A stretch of DNA of 64,000 bases from Amoebophrya sp. A120 (Eukaryota > Protista > Dinoflagellata): NCBI GenBank assembly GCA_905178155.1, contig CAJINV010000001.1:10073432-10137431 (forward strand), in the 5' to 3' direction. Shown one piece after another: positions 62,001 to 64,000 of the stretch; positions within the stretch are counted from its first letter, which is position 1, and each line of letters opens with the position of its first letter. Below the pieces are notes generated by a model. It ran no database searches, had not been told where the DNA came from, and worked only from the letters and a program-made list of their open reading frames with translations. The translations under genes and the position numbers were made by a program.

Positions 62001-64000
62001 TCCTCCACCACGGCGTCCGCATCGAGCGAGAGGAGCTTCACGTCGAGCGCCCGCGAGCGCGCTGGCACGAAGCTGCAGAGCGTCCGGCTTCGCCGCATGG
62101 CGGCAACCTACTTTTTGGAGACCGCCCGCAGTCCCAAGTGGTGCAAGCCGTTGTTCTGGGGCGCCCCGGTGGTGAACGAAATGACCGGAAGCAAACTCGA
62201 GGACACCCAGGATACCAACGCTGCCTTCGCGGAGCTGCTCGGGGCCGTCGCTTTGGAGTCGGACCTGGTAACCCGAAACCTGTATTGGGCCGCTCTGAAA
62301 AACGCATTCTACATGGTGCTCCAGCCCGCCGGCGACGACCCGGAAGACTGGCTAGCGCAGTACGAGTGGATTGCCAGTCTGGACGGTGATCTGAGCAAGA
62401 AGTACGAGGCTAGCCTGGACCGGCTCCGCGCGAAACAACCCGGAGTGGACCAGAAGTTTGTGAATCGGTACGAACTCGCGAAGAAGCTGGAGGCAGCCCT
62501 GCTTTCACTTCTGGAATTACTGGACAAACCCACGGTCGAGCGCGCGTTCAAGAAAGAGATTTTGGAGTTCGTCGAGCACATTCACGAAAAATTCAAGAAC
62601 CTGTCGGATGGCTTGTGGTCAAAGTTTGCACAGTTTATCGCGGGTGCGCACACCCAGTTGGTCAGTCTGGCTGCCGACCAACGGCAGCAGGACGCAGCAA
62701 AGAGCAAGCAGGAGCTGCGCAAGTTGTTTCGCGAAGTTCAGCAGGAGAGCATGCTCTTCGGTGAGGGTAGCGCTGCAGTTCAGCAGATGGATGTAGACGC
62801 TGGATTTGCGGGTGCAGACGATGTGGAAGCAGATGAGAAAAGGCGGAATACAAGACGCAAAAGTCAGGCAAAGACCAAGACGCGCAAGACGCGGCAAGAC
62901 CGGGAAGCCCGCATGGCGGGATCCGCGGTGCTGGACCAGGGCGACGAAGCGACGCAGCGTGCTCTTGACCGGTACACCGGTCGCTTTACACAGCAAAGGG
63001 CGGACGACACTTTTGTGGTGCAAGAGAAGCCGAACGTGGACAGCTCCGTGGTGGATGCTGCAGACTGGAGTCTGCTCTTTCTGCTCCGCAACGCACACGA
63101 ACAACGCCACAGCGCACTGGAGAGCGTCCGCACGCTGCAGGTTGGCAAGTACCAGGAGGAGCCGCTGCGCAACTTTTGGGATGCGCTGTATCGGGACTCG
63201 TACGTGGGCGAAGGAGCGGACAACACGAGTGGCGGCGACTATTCGACCTTGCTTCACCAGTCAAAAAACCGCTGGAAGAGCGTCACCACGCCTCGACGCC
63301 TGCAGACGTTGCTGCAAATGTTCGAGCCGTTACTGGTGCGTCTCCAAGATGACCGAATGCTGGTGTATGGGACGGATATGGAGGATACCGTTGTGCAACG
63401 CGCGTCTTCAGCGGCGGCCTCCGACGAGGAGAAAAACACTCAGTCACAAAGCAGAAGAGCCACGGGGGGAAAAGCGTCGGCCAAGCCGGCAGGCAAAGCT
63501 GCAGGAGCGCGAGACGAGCAGAGAAAGGACGACGAGAACAAGTCGCTGCTTCCCATTGAGAGCTACGATGGTCGTGAGTCTCCCGGGCAGAGCAGCGCGG
63601 GGAAATTCTGGAACGCGGCGGACGAGGGGCTCACAGCGGGCCGCTTCGCCGGAAGCCGGAAACCTTTCTCTGTTTTGATCGCCCGGCTGTACGCCGGACT
63701 AGCCCAAGCGCAGTGGCAGCTGGCAGACCAGACGCGCGTGGTTGTGCCTAAGTTGCGCGCCATGTGCGACCGAGTGGTGACCGCGAAAGACGAAAAACGC
63801 GCGGCGCCGGACGACGAAGCTGTTTTCAAATGGTGCCGGAAAATGAAGTTCATCACGGGCGTTATCTCTGCTGGAAAACCCGAAAGCGAGTTACCCGTCG
63901 CGGAACGCGATCGGGTGCTGCTTCAGAAGGTGCAGTTCACGGACTTTGAGCTGTCCCCAGCAGTGCTGGGCATGTTCCATTCGGTTCTCAAGTCCGGTAG
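44016..64000 (+). CDS. Giant uninterrupted ORF, at least 6661 aa, 3'-truncated by the window; N-terminal hydrophobic signal/anchor; function unknown
   Basis: ATG 44016 (MMMVEQYNNEEKLLPD...KRIHFGILCAALVSTLVQSVVGMRE). Every + strand ORF listed between 44 and 64 kb lies in the other two frames. Spot translations at the start, middle and end (...LGMFHSVLKSG) stay in this frame without stops. Confidence 0.9.
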   Translation, partial: MMMVEQYNNEEKLLPDAGAAIGRGFGYFSPGRKKARPRAPKWPVCSSKRIHFGILCAALVSTLVQSVVGMRERYGARRMASLLKQLAPRQKSSKGDGHAFVQVSQTQPADLAKELLSSPLAFFLGPAYYRQDPGATHVASSKAKDFVPDQELEHPVLLKQYKTLEPAESMMQQLPFKDVISGVTHNELRETVEDTMRFVWSRVNHDTAQGDLDTLRGAATASEEGKKWRESGKFSRLMVHESDFFCNVNNQRQRVETGRALFEAVEAVADKLLQHDSYFDPKREHEDRGYVMGQVKRAWDELLAQNAGAPATRNDWPWLLEWGGAREGPVCLEPRPQYQKSHAAGSLGDDEDTKPKSSGFGKQGTKIYPTTLPPPTFRFLIGSKQKHVDNEIAPVSQWLDTTQRGNKAQTAKDLDAAFPGGHTRLFAKHLLLVLLQTMKDNGKKVEGSSTDVHAKPLYHRGIKVRALYSFYEMLRNPLLNQGVFQKTPESAYFFESPSGTAAKHRGGQNAVEAFGRESGYFTFAHRIRMAVDVALLLRQTLAASSVTAKDGYPEYERLKQWSFLRSNAQLLLLVKSLRQLIAVHITQERFLSDSQPLVPSENAETEKRNKSGHRLSLVLPTADEQAELLAQKLGKISIQESPFFSEMMDGDDPHVALRLVERLPAPGGPQGAGSLLTRTVAFRTAVDRDRSREVLLKMGNAEGNPLSSTLFLLFDLERMFRQRIFRTKEDLQPEPLDIEDFGQASRFGTGLRDLVTQVLSWISDVSKKGQSHSMFEESGARVDRAQFSPDLQFDPEASEGLPAAAVDLWLNLFRIADKAASAADQLDAQRERDGINKAKMEEHGRDVEDPTNLQHEKQKARVATPEDQARMYAMHYLRSAALIRGHNHHFSALLGVFAKQLLPGLRAGLRSQVSINIQVQEDKKKKTSLALVQPGLLRMLHRVRRVARLIREFVLVSYAVQGPGYEADEEADVLRIPDEELRSLIDLQSDLVARFAFIAKHPRAGVCPSTHAAMHLAASLGAEITALVRLTVETRQGERGELDRLEADLVTIGVEHSDSAERTIPTKILDRYEVPTLLRLVIMGARRGEAPRLVARHKKKSATTARGKKDRVRSTPTTSTSQLVLHQATSSIRSKIRKALKRKRTTWRVERVAAGVAVQEVTASSDQLLRSELPQNVLFAIARNALLQWFFMVPPTDGVRKASDANASRSFEHETAFFAQLFRSDLANDHSYKQDELLSDDVVRDCGGAPRVSTRSQQSRGSGCPFPLEKTTMKKVGGTFDKMDGHRVERNIREHRVVPRAGYLESSNAHAVRDALWVLAKHLRQAEGRTGSVLQNNALFQTVTVLLATRGPVEARNVPEALRHDIQHLQIVLAKGLKLHLDLFPQTADVNAIKLSSAAFLVQHRLLHKGAASGPRRESDHTAKLVDDAGHVQMRQVGYRAMRNAVRSFFVQLSSRFQPATGEARDDIRRFDTLGVLVWRYGAEDSDLVRTYLRQFLMSSDLEDDDDALELDRFLLPFCAKTVPEIPRILTQGIAREPLVPQLNFMAAANHLLYQQKQSFASPESRTQVMKALAKVSAEEAFVGSAVVTPGIVQLVAAIRGLLQIGPEAMSPETFVEKAGCRNRVKKMDSSQVSEWRKQTSESSDNEQPMPNTERVERYTLLAHTSRKQSGALCRQYVLQIGAAAIRAARESGALLLPATTGSTNFGGTASAIGSISRDRELVLSLLGLLVQDILEHPELQSFFRSPAAFRKAFRPPVAEETPEQRYAAVSSKVRLLGDNSVPDSDASAAIWDLAREVGLFVFAPSGTARSASGSSARAPNLSQMAAARLYSVVTAACPTNPDVDEPLAMQWLRHSDAAGLQMDVDATADHDVASSKATQPPTDAGRPEAAEGMVAIEKHLSNVAETVESSMRFTDSVRRQAQTKHMVEHMAARTADLLLTSVAASNTIGMKRVFDEDERRLLKNKPKYTLQLLQQLLSPRIYCLRCEDLHAGATTKAADFTGLDEAMSRRRFVTAVARVVRVFSRTNNNNPVVQSSIAEINAGAPAAFAAIQEDLLRFLERMILRSGLTSDTTNAILEELVSKEGGNRFQAESLAEARALFWKRLLGQYRKKQTVADLSHQLSSVSVQDLFVRQTAPFCEPSSLEKRVQLEHADQIVQHMALEEETGNKAGQPGSRIVVANFGKGRVRFVRTNAAMGKSAESGTAGTSPVQLQPPKTPFAKAITALCRPQSTTTSTRAFLGGSTDSLQSAASSSEQKGPGLLRLLMGGGQQSKEQQAQQDPAEGEPPVVEPEIEIVRFVKPDAVFPPTYGLLGETEAVVTPEVAAALFQWSKLLLPGGKEGDEEFGDVGKTRSRRASSAASLLSFGSASGFSDTSVGTGTDKDFARRLRTGSSAVGAGVEFQGLPISSPRQQFTAKLRELVQDVLARVALVSEVLQQSGGADPLDSSAAGAGAAAGARSDGAEEVIDETAFLNAQRTSEEKRLLDEVRGRIVEDVNLAAAAEANANAPSTAEKKQMRKQDITLVLADAVLAARNQDDSILLDPSKKGRAMKTALDEEDDAVSFDDIGEVPREKSGKTGTELLDCADDSQTGRADFGQSSCQTRRRMAALLIQTSLVRTVRQIVKVWPDVFAAESPEPPPVHLQDLVVLLGKVHAATAPFVPALPDVENALMEAETAKQKEQQEQRGESGEDSPAASTSLAKTDETDDPAVLAERQQTEKTTEMLREAGYIALEPKSGSAEDLRAQADAVKLGKQHTVLRSELLGLFTWLLDRTITSPNAPDARFISAQVRVAHLESTGANRVAMPAKDFSRFLLHKFDADASLGLLERDVWSVALRNAAGEEADRRAKAEKASGDVPMPQAGPSRDVAAKPSQAPASSSTPRVQLEKENHAKVETMLKNVFGETTFNNAPLTRSVRWTRPAVLENEFDAAVGPQGKKTSLSAIFSELGADFLRYDQKGKKGNLFLIPVQNHMNDQTWSLVAVELLRDVLEEDTYELLPLRDEFEDQQGNNADPTSEQGEKAYEQYRYKLGRLFMSRSADVPAAQFRIGSKTSQKVMESAQMYDALVRTKTAEEKKEKAKKNGEEKEVYKNPEIALSDKNFLDELDPDVDYQALLESMSSAGNAPRKKTTVRILQSLDTVSRALDQQREEGMQPFVLKDFHRNLRSLQKFVSESFKPSAVPVPAMVRSDFNARSQWLLKRLSTWIKRARELEVPPRRVLFRLGGRRLVAKVFIAEPPPEEALEEAATKAAVQTRAEIRNLKRQAGAKKSGERVAVPSSESRPASDESANGSDPVDSTVLLNHEKTTPLQRAVLRSVDLAFHQPMNLRAEGVGSSSSTAAKRRVDRIAHADVRDAYSRGQTQVVAELADGLKKKDQHNKFPLLHKRIRDIAASEKVRIETTEQVQFMVQTEVQSLTVPWSPLAFYQHAAYKDLSTAAQEARKRQEMARKLDPGTKQLKRLEAKAIRAVRKPRAAENLAQMLGTSNNFSKEGLVRKAYQSWAETFARSPGGEAERDRWLEQFRLLGERYLQEQQALERLVETASQSKLMNAKLVEMVSRKSEDEWFKKKPGAPQTEKDVQYDTSTTDSENPVYGNLDKNTQEKIAEITVKDPKSDLAAQKYLQAFISTMKQADEFKGLSEQDFQAKVQGEIDEFMAKHSGLSVSDAMGRDFDEMVEYAVDEGLLDPNWRENVAKSASSDVEMKDRALLAAPKKVFKQYDFNDPNVRQGLILDTLKDAFVSLGARDRAIRLGDILQARRDRRWRKVLGIGEEVKNLSAWFYTYTQKPSEAFADLSHRLSFLSAKETGANRRALAVFEDDRRRALADAVLKAFDPQKLPRSIRRWASAFSVLESGVAVAKFALMTGLLDVQLDPLKKQHEASIKPSQEETDLLGLRAELEKTFAQDAEVAGKMNQAGSRKGHDQGLQRGTMSIGYAMLPKLDHNEQTTAEGVSDAAMRQSQPGYAVLYRDFGAHQQGTTGPSGLAAAAGVDHTASSESASLEVEIGSLAKVVPGTTVGMRRKGVSGMLAEFLHHYKAPRQRVQQLLHYLRVATFFSAQNFLRPWWRHFLSVYPGSSPSPASVPRQSSGMSRPRAGSAALEQAPTPDLSWAAVLDFFAPTTSFRGTRLQALNSLSGVVPLLSESISDLFSSQQQARLLSAAGILASPAYRRLGGNLAFDEEPLENLKESVKQRKPLAALIPAISAIAAPAHQTSAAAWNPFRNTQSGELDKSGAANVGLATEYQQEQQTDTEKEQEVAVDLEQEMELEQEQEQEMTHQLMASLASQTQQTQQASFDQNLDGDMGEKYVAEIPDSEIEEAERNRIRYHNLCQNENLGRRLFGVNCLEELHEVYDHLLDDGFKEGFGLDKIAQKEARLKAGRPFAAPVMKTDKDGKDTGVPKRLPRHNTRQLVDLLFSQQGSFVNAKRIQRQHFSGANLRAQHWAQVATAPKEEHEPLHVALDADATMMNKQASETSERTLPFAENLDRILTVLNFKPGEDESSLKLNPYREQILLEGGESQLYNMQIPLKRSIPLIRHNVVAEEMQNLAFDFTAMEILKYLVTGRPPNYSRKPRWGDANGDEDERALEDDGQDGTFETLERGLYSGVVAISAQAEQEREKQLLAYQESHLLDVKVSSRKHGEDKLVLPSGKYGVDGENRRSSGSTLVIENRAMLDARQDPTLLSAVQRSEVKRQEREEQMQTQDADSDQGPASASQTEENSEGKRFDPNGFLNTGSMTYRRKVILLLWRLRRYSSKYIEGKTIQGYEGWLTKARDDWQKYFYNSDMDKNHNIGAGVYWEFLDLPMSETWRHWRLTQTRKEVEDKHGEFLAEWDWAHKQRNRNVVSRAAHAAGAGIWGGIKSLWRGVTNVVTTVASGVAQGCMYVAAGVQKVRQFFPGGDFNAHRRKWGVQMERHMYLNQRNLLENIAAKETLVDKIMTFLRFDPAVDRPLSELLKEEEDAQAEVAQTRKNRKGPGAPEYWRDVLQESCKETLLQKELASRLFQHVDTAGAIGEQTSPLVREMKSLIADFETSVLTPALSYGNSDFIRIMRSPDGAERNAIRDREPYNANRWRGNDGQLASLSIAEGVLRKYFLELFRHALLPYLVRPEDVWAATQQTCAAAMREHWHFDQSPEDVKTRMNSKQKIARVRATISTSAAKAAFSGRESKMAEKVQDRARRLRAQLDLRNFAARWDAERRKTTNTDRTPTALENMYGFLLREVFLRDPEPLLTRISPDHPAGPTAEFVVAGTQKERADDLERIKWPDSMRWANSAGMYQMGNMKKLQRNGPHATALHSVENQDARSVVRRALTGAPVTVSSSIFTERVDLVRDPEKRGDDTDALPVGAPWLLFDKVGWSVSHHMTDKNDPRLPGASVRAAWQDAPDPKTLFESFRNERVYLHPFLPQYERQAKLEAKIDGSFSAASLLRSERRQRLNIVQGLINIFNPNWRDKQSWPAFRGNFQHSMRMELLQSARQWEAYGKEILEPGGSDAVSAAGRLAPRSGNFVQFDAQGRRSGGVKAGMELLGSTMRNLNKSAAEKDENELRQIANEQPAFSQEFIAYTAEQKVKFLRVGKEDLMYQYVAPEDFKEKHLKAEESPLTEAELEKQVSLKQKETEERIKKRRGDGVEDAREKNRRQQGPLTTAEVAEVTETVSQCRERLQEENVVKTKNRDDLRNAEQRRWEKMRRERAKEARDVREAKIAEGLKHFQVNRQGLEQKIKQRRRELYKFQRRRVWQMRWLSIQMLEALREKQRNLLYAEEAAWDSKIRLDPSEREAKVLQKWWEGEKRQVEAGEAEFDKLLYNWLKNNGNMVDSMKGENGRDATLNALPADFAPASRLDNFSAEEKLWLQTELRADFIQTRDAARARCRQLEAFVVGIKANSDDAGDDKIGDDDDEDIKELRTMVLARVQNIVDSIANLDPNHAKQKFVNELKNVRTSVSRVTSRRPLSLLANEFEPSEDLSPSRGGVGSLISSFENLRLGSSYGSQQTPDDSRENLRSFSSSSTTASASSERSFTSSARERAGTKLQSVRLRRMAATYFLETARSPKWCKPLFWGAPVVNEMTGSKLEDTQDTNAAFAELLGAVALESDLVTRNLYWAALKNAFYMVLQPAGDDPEDWLAQYEWIASLDGDLSKKYEASLDRLRAKQPGVDQKFVNRYELAKKLEAALLSLLELLDKPTVERAFKKEILEFVEHIHEKFKNLSDGLWSKFAQFIAGAHTQLVSLAADQRQQDAAKSKQELRKLFREVQQESMLFGEGSAAVQQMDVDAGFAGADDVEADEKRRNTRRKSQAKTKTRKTRQDREARMAGSAVLDQGDEATQRALDRYTGRFTQQRADDTFVVQEKPNVDSSVVDAADWSLLFLLRNAHEQRHSALESVRTLQVGKYQEEPLRNFWDALYRDSYVGEGADNTSGGDYSTLLHQSKNRWKSVTTPRRLQTLLQMFEPLLVRLQDDRMLVYGTDMEDTVVQRASSAAASDEEKNTQSQSRRATGGKASAKPAGKAAGARDEQRKDDENKSLLPIESYDGRESPGQSSAGKFWNAADEGLTAGRFAGSRKPFSVLIARLYAGLAQAQWQLADQTRVVVPKLRAMCDRVVTAKDEKRAAPDDEAVFKWCRKMKFITGVISAGKPESELPVAERDRVLLQKVQFTDFELSPAVLGMFHSVLKSG

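Noticed and set aside
44062-63949. Numerous short listed ORFs as separate genes
   Set aside because: All are alternative-frame or antisense to the single open frame starting at 44016.

Overview
Eukaryotic, gene-dense window that most resembles the parasitic dinoflagellate Amoebophrya (Syndiniales). This is an inference from co-oriented genes, short introns and non-canonical introns bounded by inverted plus direct repeats. Seven protein-coding genes, all on the + strand, can be reconstructed: (1) a 5'-truncated large protein with SH3/KOW-like repeats (<3-4824); (2) a 275-aa hypothetical protein (7620-8447); (3) a 5-exon basic protein with an SPR/SPK-repeat tail (9111-10509); (4) a ~4063-aa protein sharing the repeat of gene 1 (11448-23772); (5) a ~2920-aa multi-KH RNA-binding protein (24622-34397); (6) a NIPA-like Mg2+ transporter (36296-42439); (7) an uninterrupted ORF of at least 6661 codons (44016 to beyond 64000) that the ORF track omits because no stop lies in the window. 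Two introns are introner-like (27224-27535, 36631-36785) and share internal motifs despite unrelated TIRs. The most unusual structure is intron 2 of the NIPA gene: a ~190-nt intron expanded to 4.5 kb, in which six full or partial copies of a ~40-nt piece of the intron flank three unrelated 0.8-1.9 kb foreign-looking fragments, one carrying a 5'-truncated Penelope-like reverse transcriptase. A similar GC-rich foreign-looking block lies at ~5335-7300. Gene models come from reading-frame logic only, with no transcript or database evidence.
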